A stretch of DNA of 64,000 nucleotides from an uncultured Solirubrobacterales bacterium (GCA_963846265.1 CAWJVJ010000005.1:601715-665714), one strand, 5' to 3'; counted from the stretch's first letter, positions 46,670 to 59,622 are shown. The notes: generated by a model not told the origin, from the letters alone. Translations and numbers: made by a program.

Positions 46670-48070
46670 TCAATAAGCGCGTGCGACGAGCGCGTCGACC
46701 CCGTCGGCGCCGGGATCGTCGACCGGCTCGCCGTCCTCGCGCAGAAGGCAGCGCACCGACACGCCCGCCTGCGCCAAGCGGGCTTCTCCTTCCTCGCCAC
46801 ACGCTCGCCACGGGAGGCGGGCAAACCCATCGCCGGCCAACTGGCGCGCCTCGTCGATCGATCCGGCGGGCCACGTCCGCGCGTCGCGCAGCGTGCTCGC
46901 CTGCGCGAGCAGCTCGGTCTGATCATCGAGGAGCATCTGCGGAATCTCGGTGAGCGCTCGCAGCGGGAGCGTCTCCTTGTCGGTGCGGGCCCGCCGCGCG
47001 ACCACGGCCTGATTTGCGGCCACATCCCGCGGCCCGAGCTCGACGCGAACCGGGACACCGCGAAGCTCGTAGTCGATGATGCGTCGCCCGAGCGAGACGT
47101 CGACGCGGTCGTCGAGCTCGACGCGCACTCCTGCGTGCCCGAGCTCATCCACCACCTTGGTCGCGGTCTCGATCACGCCCTCGCCGGCGCGCGCAACCAG
47201 CACGACGACCTGGATCGGGGCAAGGCGGGGCGGGACACGTAGACCGTGGTCGTCGCCGTGAACCATGATCATCGCGCCGAGCAGACGCGTCGACACCCCC
47301 CACGAGGTCTGCCAGACATGGCGGAGCTGCCCGTCGCGGTCGCTGAACTGGATGCCGAAGGCGCGCGCGAAGTTCTGACCCAGCTCGTGTGAGGTGCCCA
47401 TCTGCAACGCCTTCCCGTCGCGCATGACCCCCTCGCAGGCCCAGGAGATCTCCGCGCCCGCGAACTTCTCCCGCTCGGTCTTGCGGCCGCGGAAGACCGG
47501 GATCGCAAGCTCCTCGAGCATCGCATTCGCGTAGACCTCGTCGAGGATTCGCAACGCGTATGCGTGCGCTTGTTCGCGATCGGCATGGGCGGTGTGTCCC
47601 TCCTGCCACAGAAACTCCGAGCTGCGAAGGAACAGCCTCGGGCGAAGCTCCCACCGGACCACGTTCGCCCACTGGTTGATCAGCAGCGGCAGGTCACGGT
47701 AGCTCGAGATCCACCGCGCGAATGAGGAATTGACGATCGTCTCGCTCGTCGGGCGGACCACGACCGGCTCCTCGAGCTCCTTGCCGCCGCCGTGGGTGAC
47801 CACCGCCAGCTCGGGGCTGAAGCCCTCGACGTGCTCCGCCTCCCGCCGCATGAAGGCCTCGGGGATCAGCAGCGGGAAGTACGCGTTGCGCGCGCCCGCG
47901 GCCTTGATTCGCTCGTCGATCGCCGCCTGGAGCCGCTCCCAGATCGCGTAGCCCCACGGGCGGATCACCATCGTCCCGCGCACCGGGCCGTTCTCGGCGA
48001 GCTGCGCCTTGGCGATCACGTCCTGATACCAGCGCGGGAAATCCTGCTCCTGGGACGTGAGCACGGTCAC
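46670..48070 (-). CDS. proS: Proline--tRNA ligase (archaeal/eukaryote-like type, no INS editing domain)
   Basis: DFPRWY.DV, VRGTMVIRPWG, RPTSET, QWANVVRWE, FLRSSEFLWQEGHT, GTSH.LGQNF, SWGVSTR. Confidence 0.95.
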   Translation of the reverse strand: MTVLTSQEQDFPRWYQDVIAKAQLAENGPVRGTMVIRPWGYAIWERLQAAIDERIKAAGARNAYFPLLIPEAFMRREAEHVEGFSPELAVVTHGGGKELEEPVVVRPTSETIVNSSFARWISSYRDLPLLINQWANVVRWELRPRLFLRSSEFLWQEGHTAHADREQAHAYALRILDEVYANAMLEELAIPVFRGRKTEREKFAGAEISWACEGVMRDGKALQMGTSHELGQNFARAFGIQFSDRDGQLRHVWQTSWGVSTRLLGAMIMVHGDDHGLRVPPRLAPIQVVVLVARAGEGVIETATKVVDELGHAGVRVELDDRVDVSLGRRIIDYELRGVPVRVELGPRDVAANQAVVARRARTDKETLPLRALTEIPQMLLDDQTELLAQASTLRDARTWPAGSIDEARQLAGDGFARLPWRACGEEGEARLAQAGVSVRCLLREDGEPVDDPGADGVDALVARAY

Positions 48071-49047
48071 GCGAACTCACCGTCGCGATGAGGAACGTAG
48101 GGCTCCTCCAAGCGGCGGCACTCCTCTTCGGTGAGCTCGAGGGCAGTGGCCGCGATCGCGTCGGTGACGTGCTCGAGCCGGGTCGCGCCGACGATCGGAG
48201 CGACCACGCCGGGGCGGGCGATCAGCCACGCGAGCGCGATCTGCGCCGGTGACGCCGCCCGCTCATCGGCGATCGCCCGGACGACCTCGGCGATCGCGAG
48301 GTCCGCCGGGCGGTACTGGCGGCGGTCCTCGCTGGAGCGCGTGGTCGAGCGGCTCTGGCCGCGCTTGCCTGCGAGCAGTCCTCGTGCGAGCGGGCTGTAG
48401 GGCAGGACGCCGACTCCCTGGTCGAGGCACAGCGGGATCATCTCGCGCTCCTCCTCGCGGTTGACGAGGCTGTAGCGGTCCTGCATCGCGATGAATCGTG
48501 TCTGACCGGCCCGCTCGGCGGCGTGCTGCGCCTTGGCGAACTGCCAGGCGCGCATCGTGGAGGCGCCGATGTAGCGGGCCTTGCCGCTGCGCACAATCTC
48601 GTGCAGCGCCGCCATCGTCTCCTCGATCGGGGTGTCTTCGTCCCAGCGGTGGATCTGGTACAGGTCGACGTAGTCGGTGCCCAGGCGCTCCAGCGAGGCG
48701 TCAATCGCGGCCATCAGATGCTTGCGCGACAGGCCGCCACCGTTGGGGCCCTCGCCGGTCGGGTAGTAGACCTTGGTCGCCAGCACGTACTCCTCCCGGC
48801 TAGCGAACACGCGTCGCAGCAGGGCTCCGGTGATCCGTTCGCTCTCGCCGTCGGAGTACATGTCGGCCGTGTCGAAGAATGTGATCCCGCCCTCGGCGGC
48901 CTCACGGATGATCGGCGCCGCCCGGCCTTCGTCGAGAGCCCAGGACTGCAGCGCCGGATCGCCGAAGCTCATCATCCCGAGACCGATCGGCGACACCCTG
49001 AGTCCGGATCGTCCAAGCGAGCGATAGCCAGCACACGCAGTTCGCAT
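48067..49047 (-). CDS. Aldo/keto reductase
   Basis: YRSLGRSGLRVSPIGLGMM, FFDTADMY, LATKV, SLERLGTDYVDLYQIHR, GKARYIGAS, PYSPLARG. Confidence 0.95.
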   Translation of the reverse strand: MRTACAGYRSLGRSGLRVSPIGLGMMSFGDPALQSWALDEGRAAPIIREAAEGGITFFDTADMYSDGESERITGALLRRVFASREEYVLATKVYYPTGEGPNGGGLSRKHLMAAIDASLERLGTDYVDLYQIHRWDEDTPIEETMAALHEIVRSGKARYIGASTMRAWQFAKAQHAAERAGQTRFIAMQDRYSLVNREEEREMIPLCLDQGVGVLPYSPLARGLLAGKRGQSRSTTRSSEDRRQYRPADLAIAEVVRAIADERAASPAQIALAWLIARPGVVAPIVGATRLEHVTDAIAATALELTEEECRRLEEPYVPHRDGEFA

Positions 49048-49077
49048 CACAAGCCATTTAGTCACGTCCCCGAGCGG

Positions 49078-49145
49078 CGCACGCCTCCGAGCGACGCACG
49101 CCTCCGAGCGACGCACGCCTCCGCGCGACGGACGCCTCCGAGCGA
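49078..49145. repeat. Four tandem 17-bp repeats (CGCACGCCTCCGAGCGA)
   Basis: Units start at 49078, 49095, 49112 and 49129; two are exact and two carry one mismatch. Confidence 0.92.
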
Positions 49146-49193
49146 CAGACCCGACAGCGCCGATCCGTCGGGGCCCGGTGGTACACCCCGCCA

Positions 49194-50963
49194 ATGCTTC
49201 AAGAGCTGCGCGTCGAGAACCTGCTGCTGATCGATCGGGCCGAGCTGGTGCTCGCCCCGGGGCTGAACGTCGTGACCGGCGAGACCGGGGCCGGCAAGAC
49301 CCTGCTCGCGCAGGCGCTCGATCTTTTACTGGGGGCCCGCCCGCCCCGCGCCGGCAGCGGGGTCGTGCGGGCCGGCGCGGCCGAGGCGTATGTCGAGGGC
49401 GTGTTCTCGCTGCCCGCCTCGCTCGCCGGCGCCGAGGTCCTGCCCACCGGAGCCGAGGAGATCGTGCTGGCGCGGCGCGTGTGGCCCGACGGTCGGACGC
49501 GGGCGTACGTGTGCGGCAGGTCGGCGACCGTGGCCGACCTGCGCGAGCTCGGGAGCGCGCTGCTCGCGTTCTACGGTCAGCACGAACACCGCAAGCTGAT
49601 GCTCTCGGCCGTTCAGCTTGACGTGCTCGACGGGTATTGCGGGCTGTCGCAGGGCGAGCTCCGGGCGCAGGTCGCCGACGCGTATGCCCGGGTCCGGGCT
49701 GTGGAGGACCGGTTTGCCGGCGTGAACGAGCTCGCTGCCGGCCGCGAGCGCGAGCTCGATCTGTTGGCGTTCGAGCTCGACGAGATCGAGAGTGTGGCGC
49801 CCCGTGAGGACGAGGCCGCGGAGCTCGCGGTCGAGCGAGATCGGCTGCGGCACCTGGAGACGTTGCGGGGTGCCGCGTTCGGGGGCGCGGAGGCGATCTC
49901 ACCCGAGGACGGGGGCGGTGGCGCGGCGGAGCTGCTCGCCTCCGCGGCGGCGCGGCTGGCCGGCGCGGCGGAGATCGACCCGGAGCTCGCCGGCCTGGCC
50001 GAGCGGGTGGCGGCGCTCGGCCACGAGTCCGCGGAGCTGAGTACGGCGCTGCGCTCGTACGTGTTCGGCCTGGAGACTTCGCCGGGCCGGCTCGAGGAGG
50101 TCGAGGAGCGGCTCGCTCTGTTCGCCCGCCTCGAGCGCAAGCACGGTGGTTCGATCGCCGACGTGCTCGCCCATGCCGAGCGCTGCCGGGCACGGCGCGA
50201 GGAGCTCGAACAGGTCGAGATCGCGCTGTCCGAGGTCGAGGCGTCGCTCGCCGAGGCCCGGGCGGAGCTCGATCGGCTCGCCGGCGAGCTGTCCTCGCGC
50301 CGGCGGGAGGCGGCGCCGGCGCTCGCGGCCGCGGTGCGCGAGCGGCTGGCCGAGCTCGCGATGCCCGATGCGGAGTTCGAGGTGGAGGTGCGCCCTCGCG
50401 AGGATGGGTGCGGGCCGCGCGGGGCGGACGAGGTGTCGCTGGTGATCGCGCCGAACCCGGGGATGCCGGCCGGGCCGCTGCGCGAGATCGCGTCGGGCGG
50501 GGAGCTGTCGCGGGTGATGCTGGCGATCCTGAGCGTGGCGCACGGCTCGCCGGGTGGTGGTTCGTCGCGCTCCGGCGGCGGCGGTTCGGCGCGATCCGGC
50601 CGGGGCGGTTCGGCGCGGTCCGACGGGGGCGGTCCTGCGGAGTCGGCGACGGGCGGCCCGCTGCTCGTATTCGACGAGATCGACGCCGGCATCGGCGGCC
50701 ACACCGCCCGAGCGGTCGGCGAGCATCTGCGGGTCCTCGCCGAGGGGCGGCAGATCCTCTGCATCACGCACCTGCCCCAGGTCGCGGCAATGGCGGCGCG
50801 CCATTTCACGATCGTCAAGGACTCAAGCGTGGCGCCGGCGCGGACGACCGTGGCGGCGCTCGACGGCAACGGCGTCGTCGGCGAGCTCGTTCGCATGCTC
50901 GGCGCCGCCGAGGGCGACCGCGCCGCCAGCCGCCACGCCCGCCAGCTTTTGCGTGCCGCCTGA
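49194..50963 (+). CDS. recN: DNA repair protein RecN
   Basis: TGETGAGKT, FYGQHEH, IASGGELSR.MLA, VFDEIDAGIGG, CITHLPQVAA. Confidence 0.96.
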   Translation: MLQELRVENLLLIDRAELVLAPGLNVVTGETGAGKTLLAQALDLLLGARPPRAGSGVVRAGAAEAYVEGVFSLPASLAGAEVLPTGAEEIVLARRVWPDGRTRAYVCGRSATVADLRELGSALLAFYGQHEHRKLMLSAVQLDVLDGYCGLSQGELRAQVADAYARVRAVEDRFAGVNELAAGRERELDLLAFELDEIESVAPREDEAAELAVERDRLRHLETLRGAAFGGAEAISPEDGGGGAAELLASAAARLAGAAEIDPELAGLAERVAALGHESAELSTALRSYVFGLETSPGRLEEVEERLALFARLERKHGGSIADVLAHAERCRARREELEQVEIALSEVEASLAEARAELDRLAGELSSRRREAAPALAAAVRERLAELAMPDAEFEVEVRPREDGCGPRGADEVSLVIAPNPGMPAGPLREIASGGELSRVMLAILSVAHGSPGGGSSRSGGGGSARSGRGGSARSDGGGPAESATGGPLLVFDEIDAGIGGHTARAVGEHLRVLAEGRQILCITHLPQVAAMAARHFTIVKDSSVAPARTTVAALDGNGVVGELVRMLGAAEGDRAASRHARQLLRAA

Positions 50964-53958
<2,995 letters not shown>

Positions 53959-53962
<4 letters not shown>

Positions 53963-54522
53963 GGCCGGCGGCCGAGCTCCTGGACGCCGAGGTCAAGTGG
54001 GAGGGCGCGATCATCCGCGCCGGCGTCGAGCGCTTCCGACACGCAGACGGGATCGAGGTGACCCGCGACAAGGTGTGGCATCCGGGCGCGGTCGGGATCA
54101 TCGCGCTCGACGACGAGCACGTGTGGCTGACCCGCCAACCGCGCGAGGTGATCGGAGCGTCAGCTTCGCTCGAGATCCCCGCCGGCAAGCTCGACGTACC
54201 CGGCGAGCCGCCGCTCGAGACCGCCAGGCGCGAGCTCGCCGAAGAGATCGGCAAGCGCGCCGAGCACTGGCGGGAGCTGCTCGCGTTCTACACCAGCCCC
54301 GGGTTCAGCGACGAGCGTGTCACGCTGTACGTCGCGACCGGGCTCTCAGATAGCCCCGAGGTCGAGGGCGACGAGGACGAGCGGATCGAGATCGTGCCGT
54401 GGCCGCTCGCGCAGCTCGACGACGCGATCGAGCAGTGCGAGGACTCTAAGTCGCTGATCGCGTTGCTGTGGCTGGTGGCGCGGCGTGGCGACGCCGCGGC
54501 GGGGGCGTCGGAGCGGTCATGA
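53959..54522 (+). CDS. NUDIX hydrolase (ADP-ribose pyrophosphatase-like)
   Basis: HPGAVGI, EIPAGKLD..GE.PLETARRELAEEIG, YTSPGFSDE. Confidence 0.92.
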
Positions 54523-55271
54523 GTGTCCGCGAGGAGGCGGCGCGCGGCTTCCAGCAGGGGGCAGCGGCGTACGAGCGCGGCCGGCCCGGCTATCCGCGCG
54601 AGGCGGTGCAGTGGCTGTCCGCCGAGCTTCGGCTCGAGCCCGGGCGGACGCTCCTCGACGTCGGCGCCGGTACCGGCAAGCTGACCCGTGAGCTGGTCCC
54701 GAGCGGCGCGACGGTGCTCGCGGTCGAGCCGGTCCCGGGGATGCGGGCCGTGCTCGAGCAGGTCGTGCCCGAGGCCCGGGCGCTCGCCGGCACGGCCGAG
54801 GCGCTGCCCGTCGGCGACGAGAGCGTCGATGCGGTCGTCGTCGCCCAGGCTTTTCACTGGTTCGATGGCCCGGCGGCAGTGGCGGAGTTCCATCGCGTGC
54901 TCCGGCCGGACGGTCGGTTCGGGCTGATCTGGAACCGCCGGCGGGTGGAGGATCCGCTCCACGAAGCGGTCAGGGAGATCATCGAGCCCTACCACCTCGA
55001 CTCGCCCAGTCACTCCCGCGGCGAGTGGCGGCAACCGGTCGCCGACGGCGGCCTGTTCGTGGCGGTGGCCGATATCGAGGTGCCGTTCGAGCAGGTGCTG
55101 GATGTCGACGCGTTCATCGACCGCCACATCTCGATCAGCTACATCGCCGCCCTGCCTGACGTGGAGCGAGCATCGGTGATCGAGCGTTTGCGGACGGTGG
55201 TGGCCGAGGCCGCCGAGCAGCCGATACGTCTCGGCTACGTCACCGAGTCGTACGTGTACCAGCGCGCGTAG
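54519..55271 (+). CDS. Class I SAM-dependent methyltransferase
   Basis: YERGRPGYP, LDVGAGTGKLT, AVEP, AQAFHWFD, LIWN. Confidence 0.92.
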   Translation: MSVREEAARGFQQGAAAYERGRPGYPREAVQWLSAELRLEPGRTLLDVGAGTGKLTRELVPSGATVLAVEPVPGMRAVLEQVVPEARALAGTAEALPVGDESVDAVVVAQAFHWFDGPAAVAEFHRVLRPDGRFGLIWNRRRVEDPLHEAVREIIEPYHLDSPSHSRGEWRQPVADGGLFVAVADIEVPFEQVLDVDAFIDRHISISYIAALPDVERASVIERLRTVVAEAAEQPIRLGYVTESYVYQRA

Positions 55272-55317
55272 GCATCCAGCGGGAGGAGCGCCGCGGGCAG
55301 TCCCGAATACCCGGTGC

Positions 55318-56274
55318 ATGGCAACCGCGCACACGGTCGAGGGCACCCGCCGGATCACCGAGCTGACGTTCGACTTCCTGGGCTACCTCGAGCTCGAACG
55401 CGGCCTATCGCGCAACACGCTCGAGGCCTACCGCTCGGACCTCCAGCAGTTCGCCGAGTTCCTCGAGCGCCATCAGCTGGACCCGCTCGAGGTGCAGACC
55501 GTCGACCTGATGGAGTTCATCTCGGAGCTGGCGACCGGGAGCCCGGAGCGACCTGCCGCGGCGCCGGCGACGTTGCAGCGCAAGATCGCCTGCCTGCGCT
55601 CGTTCTACCGCCATCTTCGCCGCGAGCAGATCCTCGACCGCGATCCCGCCTCCGAGCTTCGTGCCCCCCGTGCACGAGCCCGCCTGCCGAAGGTCCTCAG
55701 CCGCGACGAGGTCGGGCGGCTGCTCGAGCAGCCGACCGGGACGAGTCCGGCGGCTCTCCGCGACCGCGCACTGCTCGAGACGATGTACGCGTGCGGGCTC
55801 CGGGCGTCCGAGGCGATCGGACTCGAGCTGTCCGAGCTCGATCTCGAAGCCGGGATCCTCAGGGCACACGGCAAGGGGTCAAAGGAGCGGATCGTCCCGG
55901 TCGGCGGCAAGGCGATCGAGGCGCTGGCGGCGTACCTCGACAAGGGCCGCCCGCAGCTCGTGGGCGTGGCGCCGGAGCCGCGAGTGTTCGTGAACCTTCG
56001 AGGCGGCGGGCTGACGCGTCAGGGTCTCTACAAGATCGTCCGTCGCCACGCCCGGACCGCCGGGCTCGAGCACCGGATGAGCCCGCACACGCTTCGCCAC
56101 ACGTTCGCCACGCACCTCTTGACCGGAGGCTGCGACCTGCGTTCGCTGCAGGAGATGCTCGGCCATGCGGACATCGGAACCACCCAGATCTACACCCACC
56201 TGTCGACCGAGCGGCTCCGGGACGTGTACTTCGAGGCGCACCCCCGGGCGCAGCTGGGAGCGCCTGATGGCTAG
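55318..56274 (+). CDS. xerD: Tyrosine recombinase XerD
   Basis: ERGLSRNTLEAYRSDL, RDRALLETMYACGLRASE, GKGSKER.VP, SPHTLRHTFATHLL, LGH.DI.TTQIYT; NUDIX-xerD context. Confidence 0.92.
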   Translation: MATAHTVEGTRRITELTFDFLGYLELERGLSRNTLEAYRSDLQQFAEFLERHQLDPLEVQTVDLMEFISELATGSPERPAAAPATLQRKIACLRSFYRHLRREQILDRDPASELRAPRARARLPKVLSRDEVGRLLEQPTGTSPAALRDRALLETMYACGLRASEAIGLELSELDLEAGILRAHGKGSKERIVPVGGKAIEALAAYLDKGRPQLVGVAPEPRVFVNLRGGGLTRQGLYKIVRRHARTAGLEHRMSPHTLRHTFATHLLTGGCDLRSLQEMLGHADIGTTQIYTHLSTERLRDVYFEAHPRAQLGAPDG

Positions 56275-56426
56275 TCGCTGACGCCGATCCCGGGACCGTC
56301 GTACAGTCCCGATCGTGGCGATCGCACACCTCGAAGAGGCGCCTGCGGGCGGCTGGTCGGGGCCGGGGCACGAGCCCGGGCGCGACACGCCGGGGCAGTG
56401 ATGGCGTTCGCGGTTGGTCGGGGCCT

Positions 56427-57599
56427 GTGAGGCGAGCGTTTGTCGTCGTGCTCGATGCGTGCGGCGTCGGTGCGTTGCCGGATGCGGCCGACTACGGCGA
56501 CGCCGGCACGAACACGCTCGGGCATCTTGCGCGCGAGGCCGGCGGGCTCGAGCTGCCGGCGCTGGCGCGGCTCGGGCTCGGAGCGATCATCGCGCTCGAG
56601 GGCGTGCCGCCGGCCGAGGCTCCGGTCCTGCACGGCCGGCTCGGCGCGATCGGGCCGGGTAAGGACTCGACCGCCGGCCATTGGGGGCTGATGGGAGTGT
56701 CGTCGGGCCGCCCGCTGCCGACCTACCCGCACGGGTTCCCGGACGGGATCGTCCGGATCGTGTCCACCGTGAGCGGCCGTCGCGTGATCTGCAACCGGCC
56801 CTGTAACGGGATCGAGGCGATCGAGCAGGCCGGCCCCGAGCATCTGGAGGGCGGCGCTCTGATCGTCTACACGAGCCAGGACTCGGTCCTGCAGATCGCC
56901 GCGCACGTCGACGTGCTCGAGCCCGAGGCGCTGTATGCGATCTGCGCGGACGTCCGGGCGGCACTGCCCGCCGAGCACGCGGTGGGCCGGGTGATCGCGC
57001 GGCCGTTCGCGGGGTCGGCCGGCGCCTGGACGCGCACCAACGGGCGGCGCGACTTCTCGATCGTCCCGCCGAGCCGCAGCTATCTGGAGGAGCTCCAGGA
57101 CGCCGGCGTCGAGGTCCACACGGTCGGCAAGGTCGGGCAGCTGTTCGCCGGCGTCGGGATCGACGTGCAGCACGCGGGGGCGACGAACGAGCTTGCGCTT
57201 GCCGAGACCACCGAGCTGATCCGCTCGCTCGCGTCCGGGTTCGTGTTCACGAACCTCGTGGAGACCGACCAGGTCTACGGTCACCGGCACGACGTCGCCG
57301 GGTTCGACCGGGCCCTGCGCGAGATCGATGCCGTCGTGGCCGACTGGACCACGCTGCTCGGACCCGAGGACCTGCTGGTGCTGACCGCGGACCACGGATG
57401 CGATCCCACGTCACCGCGGACCGACCACACGCGCGAGTACGCGCCCCTGCTGGCAGCGTTCGCGGGCCATCGCTCGCGCCGGCACGACGGATCGCTGGCC
57501 GACGTCGGCGCGAGCGTGCTGGCGTGGCTTGCGGGCCATGATGCCGCTCCCGCTCGCGATGTTGGTCGTGCGGTGCTCCCCGGGGAATCGTTCATCTAG
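56427..57599 (+). CDS. deoB: Phosphopentomutase
   Basis: VVVLDACGVG.LPDA.DYGD, GKDST.GHW, YTSQDSVLQ.AAH, RVIARPF, TADHGCDP, HTRE. Confidence 0.95.
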   Translation: MRRAFVVVLDACGVGALPDAADYGDAGTNTLGHLAREAGGLELPALARLGLGAIIALEGVPPAEAPVLHGRLGAIGPGKDSTAGHWGLMGVSSGRPLPTYPHGFPDGIVRIVSTVSGRRVICNRPCNGIEAIEQAGPEHLEGGALIVYTSQDSVLQIAAHVDVLEPEALYAICADVRAALPAEHAVGRVIARPFAGSAGAWTRTNGRRDFSIVPPSRSYLEELQDAGVEVHTVGKVGQLFAGVGIDVQHAGATNELALAETTELIRSLASGFVFTNLVETDQVYGHRHDVAGFDRALREIDAVVADWTTLLGPEDLLVLTADHGCDPTSPRTDHTREYAPLLAAFAGHRSRRHDGSLADVGASVLAWLAGHDAAPARDVGRAVLPGESFI

Positions 57600-57618
57600 G
57601 GGAGGACGCACGCCGACC

Positions 57619-58467
57619 ATGCCCGAGCTGCCCGAAGTCGAGACGATCCGCCGCCAGCTGGCGCCGCATCTGGAAGGCCGGACGATCGTCAACGCCCGGA
57701 TCTTCGATCCCAGGTGGACGCGTCCCGATCCGCCGGCGGCGGTCGAGGCCGAGCTGGACGGGGCGGTCGTCGAGCGGATCGGCCGCGCCGGCAAGTACCT
57801 GATCTGGTCGCTGTCGGGCGAGCGGTTCCTGTTGCAGCACCTGCGCATGACCGGGACGCTGTTGTACGACCCCGCGATCCCGCCACAACACACGCGAGTG
57901 ATGTTCGAGCTCGACGGCGGTCATCAGCTCGTGTACGTCGATCCGCGCCGGTTCGGCACTGGCCACTTGGTCTACGGCGCCGCGGCGCGCGACGAGTACC
58001 TGAACGCCCGGATCGGGATCGAACCGCTAACGCCCGAGTTCACCGGGGCGCACCTCCGCGAGCTCGCGCGGGGGCGCACCGCTCCGGTGAAGGCGTTCGT
58101 GCTCGACCAGAAGCACATCGCCGGCGTCGGCAACATCTATGCCGACGAGGCGCTGTTCCGAGCGGGGATCCACCCGCTGCGCCCGGCCGGTCGGTTGAGC
58201 GCCGCGGACTGGGAGCGGGTGCGGGAGGGAATCGAGGAGGCGCTGAGCGCGGGCATCGAGGCGAAGGGAGCGTCGATCGATGACTTCCGGCATGTCGACG
58301 GAGCCCGGGGATCGTTCCAGGACCGCTTCCTGGTCCACCGGCGCGCCGGCGAGCCATGCCCGCACTGCGGCCACACGATCCGGAAGATCGTCGTCGGCGG
58401 GCGGGGAACGTACGTGTGCGAGCGCTGCCAGCCCAAGCCGCGGGCGCGTCGCGGTGGGGTGCGTTAG
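57619..58467 (+). CDS. mutM: Formamidopyrimidine-DNA glycosylase
   Basis: N-terminal PELPEVET, R.GKYL, HLRMTG, AGVGNIYADE.LF, C-terminal zinc finger CPHC...CERCQ. Confidence 0.97.
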   Translation: MPELPEVETIRRQLAPHLEGRTIVNARIFDPRWTRPDPPAAVEAELDGAVVERIGRAGKYLIWSLSGERFLLQHLRMTGTLLYDPAIPPQHTRVMFELDGGHQLVYVDPRRFGTGHLVYGAAARDEYLNARIGIEPLTPEFTGAHLRELARGRTAPVKAFVLDQKHIAGVGNIYADEALFRAGIHPLRPAGRLSAADWERVREGIEEALSAGIEAKGASIDDFRHVDGARGSFQDRFLVHRRAGEPCPHCGHTIRKIVVGGRGTYVCERCQPKPRARRGGVR

Positions 58468-58550
58468 GCCGCGAGCAGCTCGGCGAGGCGAGTAGCCAGC
58501 CGAGCGGTTAGGCGAGGGGTCGCGGGCTAGGCCGCGAGCAGCTCGGCGAG
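58465..58550. repeat. 23-bp direct repeat (63-bp period) duplicating the glutaredoxin 3' end
   Basis: taggccgcgagcagctcggcgag at 58465-58487 and 58528-58550. Confidence 0.9.
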
Positions 58551-58781
58551 TCGTCCCGCGCGGTCCGCGGCGACCAACTCGTTGAACCCGCCGATCGTCT
58601 CGTCCCCGATCAGGATCTGCGGGAAGGTGAACATCCCAGTCCGCTCGACGAGCTCGGCACGGCCGTCCGGGTCGCGTGCCAGATTGATCTCCTCGTACTC
58701 AATGCCGCGCTTGGCGAGAAGCGACTTGGCCCTAATGCAGAACGGACAGGCATCGGTGGTGTACATCGTGACGGGCGGCAT
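58527..58781 (-). CDS. grxC: Glutaredoxin 3-like protein
   Basis: MPPVTMYTTDACPFCIRAKSLL, TFPQI, IGGFNEL. Confidence 0.92.
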   Translation of the reverse strand: MPPVTMYTTDACPFCIRAKSLLAKRGIEYEEINLARDPDGRAELVERTGMFTFPQILIGDETIGGFNELVAADRAGRLAELLAA

Positions 58782-58811
58782 AGCTTCATTAAGGATAGCG
58801 CGGGAGGGGCG

Positions 58812-59579
58812 ATGCCCGGTTCGCTGAGGACCGAGGCAATCGTGCTCCGCTCGATCAGGTACGGCGAGGCGGATCGGGTCCTGCACCTGTACACGCCGGG
58901 ATACGGTCGGCTGGCGGCGATCGCCAAGGGAGTGCGGCGGGCCCGCAGCCGGTTTGGTGCGCGGCTCGAGCCGTTCTTCTACACCCGCATGATCCTGCAC
59001 CAGGGGCGCAGCGACCTGCACACGGTCACGAGCGTTGACACCATCGCCGCGCACGGGTCGCTACGCGATCACGCCGCGACGCTCGACGCCGCCGCCCGGG
59101 CGTGCGACGCGGTCGGCCGCCTGTTCGAGACTCCCGATCCGCATCCGGAGGTATTCCGCCTGCTCGCGAACGAGCTGGCGCTGCTGGATCTCGACGCCGG
59201 CAACGCGCGTCCGGCGAACGGGCTTGCGTTTCGCCTGAAGCTGCTGCTGGCCGCCGGCATCCTGCCCCAGCTCGGGTCATGCGCCGACTGTGGAGAATCT
59301 GAGCATTTGCAGGGCTTTTCTGCCGCCTCTGGCGGCGTCGTGTGCAACTCCTGCGAGGCGGCCGCGTTTCCGCTTTCCGAGGAGTCCCACAGCTTCCTGG
59401 TCGGTGCGCTCGGCCGCCCGCTCGCGCAGGCGCCCGATGCCTCCGATCTGGCGCTGGCCCAGGCCGAGCGCGCGATCACCGAAACCGCCGAGCACCACGC
59501 GCACGTGCGCCTGCGCCCGCTCCTGAATACGACGCGGGCGCGCTCCCCGGCCGGGGGGTCCGTACTCGGGCCTGCGTGA
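58812..59579 (+). CDS. recO: DNA repair protein RecO
   Basis: AIVLR..RYGEADRVL.LYT, AIAKGVRR, zinc finger CADC...CNSC. Confidence 0.95.
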   Translation: MPGSLRTEAIVLRSIRYGEADRVLHLYTPGYGRLAAIAKGVRRARSRFGARLEPFFYTRMILHQGRSDLHTVTSVDTIAAHGSLRDHAATLDAAARACDAVGRLFETPDPHPEVFRLLANELALLDLDAGNARPANGLAFRLKLLLAAGILPQLGSCADCGESEHLQGFSAASGGVVCNSCEAAAFPLSEESHSFLVGALGRPLAQAPDASDLALAQAERAITETAEHHAHVRLRPLLNTTRARSPAGGSVLGPA

Positions 59580-59622
59580 GGCGCCGGCGGAGGGTGCGGG
59601 TCGCCGGTCTGTGTGAGGTGCC

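Noticed and set aside
49078-49145. CRISPR array
   Set aside because: The repeats are adjacent with no unique spacers, they are only 17 bp, and there are no cas genes.
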